From positions 30,641 through 94,640 of the forward strand of contig JAFGHS010000042.1 of assembly GCA_016930075.1 (NCBI GenBank): DNA of 64,000 bases, written 5' to 3'. The position numbers were made by a program, and so were the translations under genes. A model generated the notes under the pieces. That model searched no databases and had not been told where the DNA came from. It saw only the letters and a program-made list of their open reading frames with translations. This document shows positions 10,285-20,928 of this stretch, one piece after another; the first letter of the stretch is position 1, and the number at the start of each line of letters is the position of its first letter. The stretch comes from Deltaproteobacteria bacterium (GTDB lineage: Bacteria; Desulfobacterota; Syntrophia; Syntrophales; JAFGHS01).

Positions 10285-11217
10285 TTATGCTATTCCTCTC
10301 CCGGACCCCGCCTTCGGCTTCAGATAACCGAACTGATGCAGGGCCGCCCGAAGCACTTCCCGGTTTTCATCTTTCAGAGGCGACAGGGGGAGCCGCAGTT
10401 TCCCGGCCGGCAGGCCCATCATGGCAAGCGCTTCCTTGACGGGGACGGGATTGGTCTCAATAAAGAGCGTCTGGACCATGGGCAGCATCTTAAAATGAAT
10501 ATCCCTTGCTTCCGCGATTTTCCCGGCCAGATACAGACGGATCATTTCCCCGTATTCCTTCCCGATCACATGGGCAACCGCCAGGATTCCGCCGTCGCCG
10601 CCCAGGGCCAGCATCGGGAAAGTCAGTGCGTCTTCGCCGCTTAAGACATAGAACTTTTTCTTGCCGTTGCGGGTGCCGCGGATGATTTCCATGGTGACCA
10701 TCATGTCGCCTGCGGCATCCTTCATGCCGATGACATGATCCAGTTTGGACAGGGCGATCATGGTTTTTGCCTCGATGAGGCGTCCCGTCCGCGACGGAAT
10801 ATTATAAATAAAAAGGGGTAGCGACGCGGCTTCGGCAATTGCTTCAAAATGCCGGAGCAGGCCGTCCTGCGTGGGTCTGTTGTAATAGGGGCAGACCTGC
10901 AGACTGGCGTCGCAGCCTAAATCCGCGGCATGCTTGGTCATCTCGATGGCCTCCCTGGTGCTGTTGGACCCCGTTCCCGCCATGACGGGCACCCGGCCCT
11001 TGACTTCGTCGACGACGATTTTGATGACCCTCGCGTGTTCTTCGTGATCCAGGGTCGGCGATTCGCCGGTGGTGCCGCAGGGGACGATGCCGTCGCACTT
11101 CACCTCTTCGATGTAATAGTTGACAAGCTTGCGCAGCCCGCCTTCGTCGATGGAATAATCATCTTTAAACGGCGTAATGATCGGCAGATGGCATCCGGCC
11201 CAAGTTTTTACCTGCAT
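10285..11217 (-). CDS. dapA: 4-hydroxy-tetrahydrodipicolinate synthase
   Basis: GTTGESPTL, PYYNRP, YNIPSRTG, GMKDA Schiff-base Lys, ETNPVPVK. Confidence 0.93.
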   Translation of the reverse strand: MQVKTWAGCHLPIITPFKDDYSIDEGGLRKLVNYYIEEVKCDGIVPCGTTGESPTLDHEEHARVIKIVVDEVKGRVPVMAGTGSNSTREAIEMTKHAADLGCDASLQVCPYYNRPTQDGLLRHFEAIAEAASLPLFIYNIPSRTGRLIEAKTMIALSKLDHVIGMKDAAGDMMVTMEIIRGTRNGKKKFYVLSGEDALTFPMLALGGDGGILAVAHVIGKEYGEMIRLYLAGKIAEARDIHFKMLPMVQTLFIETNPVPVKEALAMMGLPAGKLRLPLSPLKDENREVLRAALHQFGYLKPKAGSGRGIA

Positions 11218-11249
11218 AATGTCTCCTTAATATTTCTGTATTCATCTGT

Positions 11250-11401
11250 GATGGTCTCGTAAAAAGTCGCAAAACATCAGCAATGTCATTTCGACCCCGC
11301 ATTTTGCGGGGGAGAAATCTTGAAATCGTTACAGATTTCTCGTCGCCCCGCTTCGGTGGGGCTCCTCAAAATGACAGGATTTGCCTTTTTACGAAAGCGT
11401 C
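11250..11401. repeat. Palindromic REP/MITE-like intergenic element, copy B
   Basis: Outer IR tcgtaaaaag/ctttttacga, inner tgtcattt...aaatgaca, gagaaatct/agatttctc, small GC hairpins. Confidence 0.8.
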
Positions 11402-11592
11402 GTCAGTCGGCACATGAGAAATAATCCACTGAATCATCGCGCGATAGCATGGCTGCACAAAACGGTAAAAAGAGGGACTTTAACTTCAATAACGCCGCAT
11501 GCGCCGCCGGGAGCGGATCAATGGCGCGTCTTGCTGTCTGACGCAACGCGGGGCTTTTTTTGCAAAGTCATTCAATGTTCAGCGCGTCGTTT

Positions 11593-11694
11593 CTCCGGGA
11601 AGAGTCCCTCATGCCGTCATTTGTTCAAGGATTACAACGTTTCCGTGACCACTGTGAGCCTCCGGGAAGAGTCCCTTATGCCGTCATTTGTTCA
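11593..11694. repeat. 35-bp direct repeat x2 with 32-bp intervening sequence
   Basis: ctccgggaagagtccct(c/t)atgccgtcatttgttca at 11593-11627 and 11660-11694, one mismatch. Confidence 0.85.
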
Positions 11695-12133
11695 GTTTGA
11701 AGTCTCCGTCTTCGAGAGGAATCTGCTGCATGGTTTTTTTGCAGGTGATATTCCAATCGGAGTTCCAGCAGGTCGACGTGCAATTCCAGCAATTGTCGCA
11801 GTCCGGCCCCAGCGTACAGCGAGACTGGAAATCGCGTACGGTGATAGCATATATTCCTTCCCCACATTGCCCCTCAATCCAGCGTGGGCACTGGGCGCCG
11901 GTCCCCACGGTGGTGGAGCTGTGAGGAGCTATGGTGCGCTCCTCGTATTCGCGATTGGTCACCGTGCCCCCGTAAACCACCGTGACCCAGCAGTGAAAGT
12001 CGGTCCGGTTCTCGATCTTGACCTTGTGGTTTACCCCTCCGCCGGCGACCGCTGCGCCCGTGAACCCAAGCAGCGCCCATCCGCATGCCGCGCCGATAAA
12101 AAGAATGAACATCACAACATTCCGTTTTTTCAT
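11684..12133 (-). CDS. Hypothetical secreted Cys-rich protein (~149 aa)
   Basis: GGAGG RBS before ATG 12133; MKKR + hydrophobic signal peptide ending AVA; Cys-rich C-terminal half (CTLGPDCDNCWNCTSTCW). Confidence 0.7.
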   Translation of the reverse strand: MKKRNVVMFILFIGAACGWALLGFTGAAVAGGGVNHKVKIENRTDFHCWVTVVYGGTVTNREYEERTIAPHSSTTVGTGAQCPRWIEGQCGEGIYAITVRDFQSRCTLGPDCDNCWNCTSTCWNSDWNITCKKTMQQIPLEDGDFKLNK

Positions 12134-12333
12134 AAGTTCCTCCGCTATATTCCATATTGACCGGTTTATTTGCCCAAGCACGCACCCCATGGTGCGTCAT
12201 GAAGTTTATTAAAAACAGCCACGGCAAGTCAAGTTAATTCCGGTAATTGGTTTCCCCATCCGCTGGATGACCCATAATCGTTTTTTGCCGGTCAATCGTA
12301 CGGCAACACAATTTAAGCCCCAAAATTTTTTTT

Positions 12334-12362
12334 TTGACATCACGGACGCCATACCCTATACT
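12334..12362 (+). promoter_or_regulatory. Sigma70-type promoter for trmH-cutA-glk-tkt-sbcDC-pgi operon
   Basis: TTGACA-17 bp-TATACT. Confidence 0.7.
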
Positions 12363-12457
12363 CCCCCCGGAAAATGCATCGCCCGCAGACAAATCCAAGA
12401 AGCCTGCCGAATCCGATATTTTGGAAATAAAAAGGGAACTCGCGAGGGGTTTTGAAC

Positions 12458-13258
12458 ATGGCGCACAGCCTCGAATTAATCAAACCGTCCAAATCGCAGT
12501 TACAGGCATGGGCAGACCTGAGTCATTCGCGGGAGCGCCGCGGGCAGGGGCTTTTCCTGGCGGAAGGCTATAAAATTATTCAGGAATTATACAGGAGTCA
12601 TTGGGAAGTCAAAGCGTTTCTGGTCATGGGGAGGAAAAAGGACCGCTGGGAGCCGTTTCTTTTTACCGTCATCACCGATGAGACCGTCTTCGGGCTGACA
12701 GACGCGCAATGGGGGAAATTAAGCCAGGACAGGGAATCGGAAGGCCTGATGGCCGTCGTTGAAAGGCCTCCCCGGGAAAATGTCGCAACGGCGCTCAGCC
12801 GGAAGCCGGAACGGCTTCTTCTGCTCCACCAGGTGAACAATCCCAATAACCTCGGCGCCCTGCTGCGGACGGCCCAATGGTTCGGATTCGGCACGATCCT
12901 GCTCGGCGCAGGCAGCGTAGACTTTACGAATCCCAAGGTCGTGCGGTCTTCCATGGGGAGCATTTTTCATGTCCGTATCGTCGACGAGGTTGCCTTTGAC
13001 GAGGCCATGCCGCTCATTAAAAGGGACTATTTTGTCTTGGGGAGCCATGCCCGGAAAGGCGCCCGGCCTCATGTGCGCGCAGGGGGCAAGACGGCTCTTT
13101 TTTTAGGCAGCGAGAGCCACGGCATTCCGAAATCCCTGCTTGCCGCGTGCGACGAGTTATGGCGGATTCCCGGAGTTGGAGACGCCGATTCCCTGAGCCT
13201 GCCCCAGGCCGCCGCCATCATGATGTATGAATGCGCGTCGCTGCCGGATAATGTTTGA
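12458..13258 (+). CDS. TrmH/SpoU family RNA methyltransferase
   Basis: FLAEG, NPNNLGALLRTA, NPKVVRSSMG, GSESHG, SLSL..AAAI. Confidence 0.9.
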   Translation: MAHSLELIKPSKSQLQAWADLSHSRERRGQGLFLAEGYKIIQELYRSHWEVKAFLVMGRKKDRWEPFLFTVITDETVFGLTDAQWGKLSQDRESEGLMAVVERPPRENVATALSRKPERLLLLHQVNNPNNLGALLRTAQWFGFGTILLGAGSVDFTNPKVVRSSMGSIFHVRIVDEVAFDEAMPLIKRDYFVLGSHARKGARPHVRAGGKTALFLGSESHGIPKSLLAACDELWRIPGVGDADSLSLPQAAAIMMYECASLPDNV

Positions 13259-13271
13259 CGGGATGTCCGTG

Positions 13272-13604
13272 ATGAATCATTACATCATCGTCACGACGAC
13301 GACGGACAACAAAGAGGATGCCGAAAAAATCGCCCGATTCCTTGTGAAAAAGCGGCTGGCCGCCTGCGTCCAGATTGCGGGTCCCGTCGCGAGCATCTAC
13401 CGGTGGAAGGGCAAAGTGGAAACGGATAGGGAGTGGCAATGCATCATCAAGAGCCGTCAGGATTTCTTCGACAAAATTGCGGAGGCCGTCAAATCGATCC
13501 ACCCGTATGAGACGCCGGAGATCATTGCTGTCCCCGTTGTTGCCGGCAGCCGGGATTATCTCGACTGGATGAACGATGAAATGCCCGTATCCTATGAAAC
13601 ATAA
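13272..13604 (+). CDS. cutA: Divalent-cation tolerance protein CutA
   Basis: LVKKRLAACVQ, SIYRWKG, HPYETPEII, YLDW. Exact start uncertain (13263 or 13272). Confidence 0.92.
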   Translation: MNHYIIVTTTTDNKEDAEKIARFLVKKRLAACVQIAGPVASIYRWKGKVETDREWQCIIKSRQDFFDKIAEAVKSIHPYETPEIIAVPVVAGSRDYLDWMNDEMPVSYET

Positions 13605-13616
13605 AAGGTGACCCTC

Positions 13617-14609
13617 ATGCTGCTTGCCGTTGACGTGGGCGCCACGAAAACCCGGCTGGGTCTTTTTGATCCCCGCCGCATGAAGCCGGAAGCGTCGGTT
13701 GAGGCCGCGTTCCCCAGCGATCCGTCCTCATCCCTCGATGCGATCGTCAAGGAATTTCTCGAACGGGAAAATCAGCCCGTGACGGCGGCCTGTTTCGGCG
13801 TGGCGGGTCCCGTTGCGGACGGGAAGGCCAAAATTACGAATCTGCCGTGGGTGTTGGAGGAGAGTGCTTTGAGCCGGACCCTCGGCATCTCGAAGGTGAA
13901 GCTCCTCAACGATCTGGAGGCAACGGCCTGGGCGGTTCCCTGCCTGGATGCGCAGGATTTCGACCTTCTCCATGAAGGATATCCCGTACAGGGCGGCAAC
14001 ATGGCCGTGATTGCCCCCGGCACGGGTCTGGGGGAGGCGTATCTCGCGTGGGACGGCAGGCGGCATCACGCCTATGCCTCCGAGGGCGGCCACACGGACT
14101 TTGCGCCGCAAAGCGTCCGGGAAGAAGAGATGCTCCGCGATTTCCGGGAACGTTTCGGCCATGTCAGTTATGAGAGAATCTGTTCGGGGCAGGCGATTCC
14201 CGATGTGTACGGGTTTTTGAAAGACCGGGGCTATGCGGAAGAACCGCCGTGGCTTACGGCGAGGCTGAAGGATGCCGCGGACCCGACGCCGGTGATTATC
14301 CATGCGGCCCTGGCGGAGGAAAAGGACAGCGAACTGTGCGCCATGACCCTCGATCTTTTTGTCGCTGTGTTGGGGGCCGAGGCGGGCAACCTGGCCCTCA
14401 AAATCATGGCGACAGGAGGCGTGTATCTGGCCGGGGGCGTTGTTTTTCACATCAGACAGGCATTGAAAAAGGGCCGTTTCATGGAAGCCTTTCTGCACAA
14501 AGGCCGCATGTCGGAGCTGATGGGGCGGATGCCCGTCCATATTATCATTAATCCGCGGGTCGCCCTGATCGGGGCCGCCTGCCGGGGTCTGCAATTCTAT
14601 AGGGAGTGA
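13617..14609 (+). CDS. glk: Glucokinase
   Basis: DVGATKT, GVAGPV, ITNLPW, LNDLEA, PGTGLG, SEGGH, GGVYLAGG. Confidence 0.92.
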   Translation: MLLAVDVGATKTRLGLFDPRRMKPEASVEAAFPSDPSSSLDAIVKEFLERENQPVTAACFGVAGPVADGKAKITNLPWVLEESALSRTLGISKVKLLNDLEATAWAVPCLDAQDFDLLHEGYPVQGGNMAVIAPGTGLGEAYLAWDGRRHHAYASEGGHTDFAPQSVREEEMLRDFRERFGHVSYERICSGQAIPDVYGFLKDRGYAEEPPWLTARLKDAADPTPVIIHAALAEEKDSELCAMTLDLFVAVLGAEAGNLALKIMATGGVYLAGGVVFHIRQALKKGRFMEAFLHKGRMSELMGRMPVHIIINPRVALIGAACRGLQFYRE

Positions 14610-14624
14610 AAGAGGAGTTCATCG

Positions 14625-16679
14625 ATGACAAAAGAGGAAAAATTCGAGCAGCGTTGTATCAACACCATCCGTTTTCTCGCGGCTGATGCCGTTGAGAAGG
14701 CAAAGTCGGGGCATCCCGGCATGCCCATGGGCGCGGCGGCCATGGCTTATGTCCTTTGGCGCCGACATGTGAAGCATAATCCGGCCAATCCCCTGTGGAT
14801 CGATCGCGACCGCGTCGTCCTGTCGGCGGGGCATGCCTCCATGCTGCTTTATGCCATGCTTTATTTGACGGGTTACGACATCACGCTGGAGGATATCCAA
14901 TCGTTCAGGCAATGGGGCAGTAAAACGCCGGGACACCCGGAACGCTGCCAGCCCCCCGGAGCGGAAATGACGACGGGCCCCCTGGGGCAGGGTCTGGCAT
15001 CTGCCTGCGGGATCGCCCTGGCGGAAGCCCACCTGGCGGCAACGTACAACCGTCCCGGGCAGGATATTATCCGTCATTTCACCTATGTTCTGGCAAGCGA
15101 CGGGGACCTGATGGAAGGCGTTTCCGCCGAGGCCTGTTCTCTTGCCGGACACCTGGGTCTGGGCAAACTGATCGTCCTTTATGACGACAACGGCGTGTGT
15201 CTGGCCGGATCGACGGGCCTGAGCTTTACGGAAGACGTGGGTATGCGGTTTGCCGCCTATGGCTGGCATGTGGAAAAGGTCGATGAGGGCAACGACACAT
15301 CGGCCATCGACGCGGCCATCAGCAAAGCAAAGGCGGAAACAAACCGCCCCTCGATTATTTGCGTTCGAACCACCATCGGCTATGGAGCGCCCAACAAGGA
15401 AAACACATCCGATGCCCACGGCTCGCCCCTGGGGAAGGAAGAATTGCTGGCGGCCAAAAAACGCCTCGGATGGCCCGCAGAGCCGGATTTTCTGATCCCT
15501 GAAGAGGTGCTGGCCCATTTTCGCGAAGCCCTGAAAACCGGCCAGGATCTCGAAAATCAGTGGGAAAAAAGGTTCAGCGGGTATGCGGATCAATATCCCG
15601 AACCGGCCCGCGAATTTCAGCGCATCATTGCGGGGACGCTGCCGGATGACTGGGAATCGGCGCTGCCTTCATTTCCCGACGATTCCAAAGACATGGCCAC
15701 ACGCAAGGCGTCCGAGACAATCATGCAGGCCGTTGCGCCGCGGCTGCCTGAATTGATGGGCGGGTCGGCGGACCTGAACCCGTCCACTTTTACCTGGCTC
15801 AAAGGGCTTGGCGATTTTCAGAAACCGGGGACGGACAGCAACGCCGTCAAGGGAACGACGGGAAGCCAGTGGAATTTCGCCGGCAGGAATATCCATTTCG
15901 GCGTGCGCGAACATGCCATGGCCGCCATGATAAACGGCATGGCCATCCACGGCGGGTTCATCCCCTATGCGTCCACATTCCTCACGTTTTCCGACTATAT
16001 GCGGCCGTCCATCCGTTTGGCTGCCATGATGCGATTGCGGGTCGTTTATGTTTTCACCCACGACAGCATCGGCCTGGGCGAAGACGGACCGACCCATCAG
16101 CCCATCGAGCAGGTCATGAACCTGCGGTGCATCCCCAACATGACCGTCATCCGCCCCGCCGACGCGAATGAAACGGCGGAAGCCTGGAAATACGCCCTGC
16201 AAAATCAGAATGGCCCCACGGCCCTGATCCTGACGCGCCAGAACCTGCCGGTTCTGAACCGGTCGGAGCTCGAACCGGCGGAGTGTTTGCAACGCGGGGC
16301 CTATATCCTCTGGGACTCATCAACCATCCTTCCCCAGGTGATATTGCTGGCGACCGGTTCGGAGGTGGAGATTGCGATGGCGGCAGCGAGAAAACTTTTT
16401 GCGGAAGGCCTCCGCGTCCGCGTCGTGTCCATGCCGTCGTGGGAGTTATTCGAACTCCAGCCGCCGGAATACCGCGACAGCATATTGCCGGCTTCCGTCC
16501 GGGCCAGAGTCTCTGTGGAAGCGGGCGTTCGCATCGGATGGGAGCGCCACGTCGGCTTTGACGGCGCCATGGTGGGCATGGACAATTTCGGCGCCAGCGC
16601 CCCCGCCAAGGTCCTGTACGAAAAATTCGGCTTCACCGCCGATAACGTGGTGGCTGTTGCAAAGACGCTGATTAAATAA
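14625..16679 (+). CDS. tkt: Transketolase
   Basis: [50 protein letters not shown]. Confidence 0.97.
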   Translation: MTKEEKFEQRCINTIRFLAADAVEKAKSGHPGMPMGAAAMAYVLWRRHVKHNPANPLWIDRDRVVLSAGHASMLLYAMLYLTGYDITLEDIQSFRQWGSKTPGHPERCQPPGAEMTTGPLGQGLASACGIALAEAHLAATYNRPGQDIIRHFTYVLASDGDLMEGVSAEACSLAGHLGLGKLIVLYDDNGVCLAGSTGLSFTEDVGMRFAAYGWHVEKVDEGNDTSAIDAAISKAKAETNRPSIICVRTTIGYGAPNKENTSDAHGSPLGKEELLAAKKRLGWPAEPDFLIPEEVLAHFREALKTGQDLENQWEKRFSGYADQYPEPAREFQRIIAGTLPDDWESALPSFPDDSKDMATRKASETIMQAVAPRLPELMGGSADLNPSTFTWLKGLGDFQKPGTDSNAVKGTTGSQWNFAGRNIHFGVREHAMAAMINGMAIHGGFIPYASTFLTFSDYMRPSIRLAAMMRLRVVYVFTHDSIGLGEDGPTHQPIEQVMNLRCIPNMTVIRPADANETAEAWKYALQNQNGPTALILTRQNLPVLNRSELEPAECLQRGAYILWDSSTILPQVILLATGSEVEIAMAAARKLFAEGLRVRVVSMPSWELFELQPPEYRDSILPASVRARVSVEAGVRIGWERHVGFDGAMVGMDNFGASAPAKVLYEKFGFTADNVVAVAKTLIK

Positions 16680-16689
16680 GGAACAAGGC

Positions 16690-17856
16690 TTGCTCCGATT
16701 TATTCACACGGCTGACTGGCATTTGGGAAGGCTGTTTCACGGCGTCTCCTTGACGGACGACCAGGCCTATGTCCTGGATCAGCTGGTGCGGCTTGTTGTG
16801 GACGTCAAACCGGACGCCCTGCTGATAGCGGGCGATATTTACGACCGGGCCGTTCCTGCCCCCCTGGCCGTCAAACTCCTCAATGAGGTGCTGTCGAGCA
16901 TCACGGCGGACCTGAACGTTCCCGTCGTCATGATCTCCGGAAATCACGACAGCCCCGAACGCCTCGGGTTCGGTTCGCGCCTCCTGTCCAGGCAGGGTCT
17001 TTTCATCTTCGGACGTCTTTCACGGGATCTGCGCCCCGTCCTCATTATGGGCAAGGGCTGGGGCCTGGCCGCCCGGATTTACGCCCTGCCGTATGATGAT
17101 GCGGCGGCCTTCATGGATGCTCCCGACGATGGTTCCGCCCCCGCTGAAAACAGCGGCGCGTCGCTTGGCGCCGTCATCCGGAATCTGCTTGACGACCACC
17201 CCCCCGACGAGTGCGCTGTCTGCGTCAGCCATGCATTCATTGCGGGGGCGACGGCCGGCGAATCGGAACGCCCTCTGTCCGTCGGCGGCGCTGCCGCCGT
17301 TGACGCCGCCCTTTTCAAGGACTTCGATTACGCCGCTATGGGCCATCTCCACCGCCCCCAGTCCGCAGGCGGCGAAACCATTCAATACGCCGGTTCCCTT
17401 CTCAAATACGCCTTTTCCGAGGCGGACCAGGTCAAATCGGTGAATCTTGTGGAAATGGACCGGCAGGGCCTTGCCCGCTGCGAACGGATCCCCCTTGCGC
17501 CCCGGCGGGACGTGCGCATCCGCGAGGGGACTCTGGCGGACATCCTCAAGGGGCCCGCTTCCGGTGAAAACCGGGAGGACTATCTGATGGTCCGTCTTCT
17601 CGACAAGGGCGCCATCCTTGATGCCATGGGAAAAATCCGGGAGGTCTATCCGAACTGCCTTCATATCGAAAGGCCCTCGCTCCTTTTTAAAGACGCCGGG
17701 ATGACCGCTCGCACCGATCATACGAAGACGACGGGCATGGATCTGTTTAAGGCCTTCTTCGTCCAGACGACGGGCGAAGAGCTTTCGGAGGGCCAGGCAC
17801 GGGCCTTCGCTTCCGTGGCGGACGAGCTGGACCGGTCGGAAAGGGAGGCGCCCTGA
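16690..17856 (+). CDS. sbcD: Exonuclease SbcCD subunit D
   Basis: HTADWHLG, AGDIYD, GNHDS, AMGHLH, YAGS metallophosphoesterase motifs. Confidence 0.93.
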   Translation: MLRFIHTADWHLGRLFHGVSLTDDQAYVLDQLVRLVVDVKPDALLIAGDIYDRAVPAPLAVKLLNEVLSSITADLNVPVVMISGNHDSPERLGFGSRLLSRQGLFIFGRLSRDLRPVLIMGKGWGLAARIYALPYDDAAAFMDAPDDGSAPAENSGASLGAVIRNLLDDHPPDECAVCVSHAFIAGATAGESERPLSVGGAAAVDAALFKDFDYAAMGHLHRPQSAGGETIQYAGSLLKYAFSEADQVKSVNLVEMDRQGLARCERIPLAPRRDVRIREGTLADILKGPASGENREDYLMVRLLDKGAILDAMGKIREVYPNCLHIERPSLLFKDAGMTARTDHTKTTGMDLFKAFFVQTTGEELSEGQARAFASVADELDRSEREAP

Positions 17857-20800
17857 TGAAACCCCTCGCCTTATCCATGCAGGCCTTCGGCCCCTACGCG
17901 GCCGTCCAGACCCTCAATTTTGATGCCCTTGAAGGCCGGCAGTTTTTCCTTATCCACGGCCCGACCGGCGCGGGCAAGACGACGATCCTCGACGCCGTGT
18001 GTTTTGCCCTTTACGGCGCCAGCAGCGGGGCGGAACGGGAGGGAAGCGCCATGCGGAGCGACCATGCCGATCCCGCAACGCCCACGGAAGTGACCTTCGA
18101 TTTTGCCGTGGGGCAGCAGGCCTACCGGGTGCGGCGCAGACCGAAACAGGAGCGCCCAAAGAAGCGCGGCGGCGGTACGACGACGGACGAACCGCAGGCC
18201 GCCCTCTGGCGATGGACCCTTGAGGCCGACGGGAAGCGCCGCATGGACCTGTTGGCGGGACAATGGGACCGCTGCACGCGGGCCGTGGAAGACATCCTGG
18301 GCTTCAGGAGCGCCGAGTTCCGCCAGGTTGTCATGCTTCCCCAGGGGCAATTCCGGCAGCTCCTGGCCGCCGACTCCCGTGAACGCCAGAAAATCCTCGA
18401 AACCCTGTTCCACACGGAGCAGTACCGCATGATGGAGGAGCGTCTCAGGGAAAAGGCCAAAGACATCGAAAACGACGTCAAGGATTTCCGGCGGCGCATC
18501 GACCTTGTTCTGGCCCAGGCGTCTGCAGAAAGCACCCCGGCCTTGACGGCGGGCAAACAGGAACTGGAGGCCGCCGTCAAGGACCGGGAGGAAAGCCTCA
18601 TCCGGGCGAGGCGGGAGGAGGTCCTGGCCCAGACGGCCGTCCATGAAGGCGTCCGGATTGTCGAGAAGATCGAGGAATGCGCGGCGGCGAAAAAGGGGCT
18701 GCAAAGCCTCGAATCGCAAAAAGCCGCCTTTGCAGAAAAGAGGCGCATCCTGGAGGCCGGGCGGCTCGCCCTGATCCTGACCGATGCGGAGGCGGCGCTG
18801 GAAAGCCGCCGGCAGGAGCACGGCGCATTGACGAAGGCCGTGGACGATGCCGGGGCGCAGTTGCTGAAGGCCGGCGACGATGCCGGCCGGGCCGAAGAAG
18901 CCCTCCGCCGGGAACAGGAACGGGAAACGCAACGGGAAGCGGCCCTGCGCGCCTTGAATGAACTGACGTCTTTCAGGGGGCGGGTTGCGGACCTCGATCA
19001 AGCCCGCAATGCTTTAAAGAAGGCGCAGACGGCCTTTCAATTGCGCGAAAGACAGCAGCGAAAAGCCCGTGAGACCCTTGCCGCTGTCCGTAAGATTCTC
19101 GAAGAGAAAACGGCGATACAAACGCAGACGGCGGCCCTTGCGGCGCAGGAACCGGCCCTGTCGGCCGCCCAAGGGGAGGCCAGAAAACTCTTTCAAGGGC
19201 GGCGTCAATATGAAGAGGCGCAAAACACCCGTGCCGCCGTGCAGAAAAAATATGCTGCGGCGGCGGCACGTCGGCAGTCGGCGGAACAGGCGGCTGCAAA
19301 ACACCACGAGGATCTGAGGACGGCGGAACACCTCCGGCAGGAGGGTCGGGCTGCCGTCCTGGCCCGCACCCTTACGCACGGAGAGCCCTGCCCCGTTTGC
19401 GGCTCCCGGGAGCATCCGTCTCCCGCCGTCTCCGACGCGTCCATCCCTGAAGAACAAACCATGAGGGAACTTCGGGCGCAACTGGAAAAGGAGGAGCAGG
19501 ACCTGACGGTCCTCCGGGAAAAAGAGGTCAGTAGCGGTCTGGAGTTGGAACGGTGCAAGGCCGACCTCGCCCTTTTGAGGGCCGCCCTCGGTGATGCCGC
19601 GGAACTCCCTCTGCCGCAGTTGGAGGACAGGGAGGCAGCGGCGGAAAAAGCCCTGGCCCTAGCGCGGGAGGCCGGTCAGCAAGCGGAGCAGGCGGCACGG
19701 GAGATGGAAAGCCTCGGAGCAAAAGAGGTGGACGGCATCCGGGCTGTGGAAGAGGCGGAACAAGCCTGTCAGGCCGCCTTTATTGAAAAGGAAAAACAGA
19801 CCGCCGTCGTGTCGGAGCGGGAGGCGTCCATTCCCGAAGCCTGGCGGGACGCCGGGGCCCTCAAACGTGAACTCACGCAGGTTTCCGCCGTGCTGGAAGC
19901 CCTGAAGGTTGCATTCAGGGAGGCCCAGGAGAAAAACCTCCGGGCACGGGAGGCCAGGTCCGCCGCCGAGGCGACCTTGAAGGAAAAGACGGCGGCCCTG
20001 AAGGCTGCGGCGGAAACCCTGCGGCTTGCCGGGGAAGATTTTGCCGGCCGTTTGGTTGTGGCCGGTTTTTCCGATGAAGCCTCTTTTCAGAGCGCCAAAC
20101 GGCGGGCGGAGGATATAGGGCGGCTTGACGAAGAGATCCGGGCCTTCGAAGGGGCCGTGGAAAGCGCCGGAGACCGGATGAGGCGGGCTGTGCAGGCAGC
20201 GGAAGGCCTTGCCGCCCCCGATCTGGAGGGTCTTTCAGCGCGTCTTTTGGCCGTCAAAGACCGGTTGGGCGCCCTGACGGCCGAGCAGGCGGACCGGAGG
20301 GCCCGCGTCAAGCTCCTCGATGCGGCTCTGAGGCATATTGCGGATTATTCCGCCCGTCTCGAAGACCTGGAGGCCCGATACGCCGTCTTCGGCCGCATCT
20401 CCGAGGTGGCCGGCGGGAAGAATCTCTACGGCATGACCTTTCAGCGGTTCGTCCTGGCAGCCCTTCTCGATGACGTCTTGACGGCCACGTCGGCAAGGCT
20501 TAAAATCATGAGCCGGGAGCGTTATGAGCTGCACCGCGTCCGGGACAGGAGCAAACGTCCCAGCGGACTGGAACTGGAGGTTTACGACGCTTACACGGGC
20601 GCCCTCCGGGGCGTGGCCACCCTGTCCGGCGGCGAGAGTTTTCTCGCGTCGCTGTCCCTGGCATTGGGGCTTGCGGATGTCGTGCAATCTTACGCAGGCG
20701 GCGTTCATCTGGATACGATCTTTATCGACGAAGGATTCGGGAGCCTCGATCCGGAGGCCCTGGAGCAGGCCATGGTCGCCCTGATGGATTTGCAGAAGGG

Positions 20801-20915
20801 CGGCCGCCTCGTCGGCGTCATTTCCCATGTGCCGGAAATGAAGGAATGGATACCCGCCCGCCTGGAAATCACCTCAGGCAGACAGGGAAGCGAGGCAAGA
20901 TTTGTTTTAAAATAA
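17856..20915 (+). CDS. sbcC: Exonuclease SbcCD subunit C (SMC/Rad50-like ATPase)
   Basis: Walker A GPTGAGKT, LPQGQF, coiled coils with CPVCGS zinc hook, LSGGE, FIDEGFGSLD; TGATG overlap with sbcD. Confidence 0.95.
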   Translation: MKPLALSMQAFGPYAAVQTLNFDALEGRQFFLIHGPTGAGKTTILDAVCFALYGASSGAEREGSAMRSDHADPATPTEVTFDFAVGQQAYRVRRRPKQERPKKRGGGTTTDEPQAALWRWTLEADGKRRMDLLAGQWDRCTRAVEDILGFRSAEFRQVVMLPQGQFRQLLAADSRERQKILETLFHTEQYRMMEERLREKAKDIENDVKDFRRRIDLVLAQASAESTPALTAGKQELEAAVKDREESLIRARREEVLAQTAVHEGVRIVEKIEECAAAKKGLQSLESQKAAFAEKRRILEAGRLALILTDAEAALESRRQEHGALTKAVDDAGAQLLKAGDDAGRAEEALRREQERETQREAALRALNELTSFRGRVADLDQARNALKKAQTAFQLRERQQRKARETLAAVRKILEEKTAIQTQTAALAAQEPALSAAQGEARKLFQGRRQYEEAQNTRAAVQKKYAAAAARRQSAEQAAAKHHEDLRTAEHLRQEGRAAVLARTLTHGEPCPVCGSREHPSPAVSDASIPEEQTMRELRAQLEKEEQDLTVLREKEVSSGLELERCKADLALLRAALGDAAELPLPQLEDREAAAEKALALAREAGQQAEQAAREMESLGAKEVDGIRAVEEAEQACQAAFIEKEKQTAVVSEREASIPEAWRDAGALKRELTQVSAVLEALKVAFREAQEKNLRAREARSAAEATLKEKTAALKAAAETLRLAGEDFAGRLVVAGFSDEASFQSAKRRAEDIGRLDEEIRAFEGAVESAGDRMRRAVQAAEGLAAPDLEGLSARLLAVKDRLGALTAEQADRRARVKLLDAALRHIADYSARLEDLEARYAVFGRISEVAGGKNLYGMTFQRFVLAALLDDVLTATSARLKIMSRERYELHRVRDRSKRPSGLELEVYDAYTGALRGVATLSGGESFLASLSLALGLADVVQSYAGGVHLDTIFIDEGFGSLDPEALEQAMVALMDLQKGGRLVGVISHVPEMKEWIPARLEITSGRQGSEARFVLK

Positions 20916-20928
20916 GGAGGCCGTCGTT

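Noticed and set aside
11218-11590. Lysine riboswitch upstream of dapA
   Set aside because: No recognisable L-box consensus on the minus strand; the structure there is explained by the palindromic repeat element.
11593-11694. CRISPR array
   Set aside because: Only two repeats, one overlapping a gene end, with no cas genes or clear leader; kept only as a direct repeat.
11381-12160. 259-aa plus-strand ORF
   Set aside because: Starts inside a repeat, lies antisense to the better supported signal-peptide ORF and has no motifs.
16690-20915. SMC-based defence system (Wadjet/Lamassu)
   Set aside because: Canonical SbcD + SbcC with zinc hook and no accessory effector or kleisin genes.
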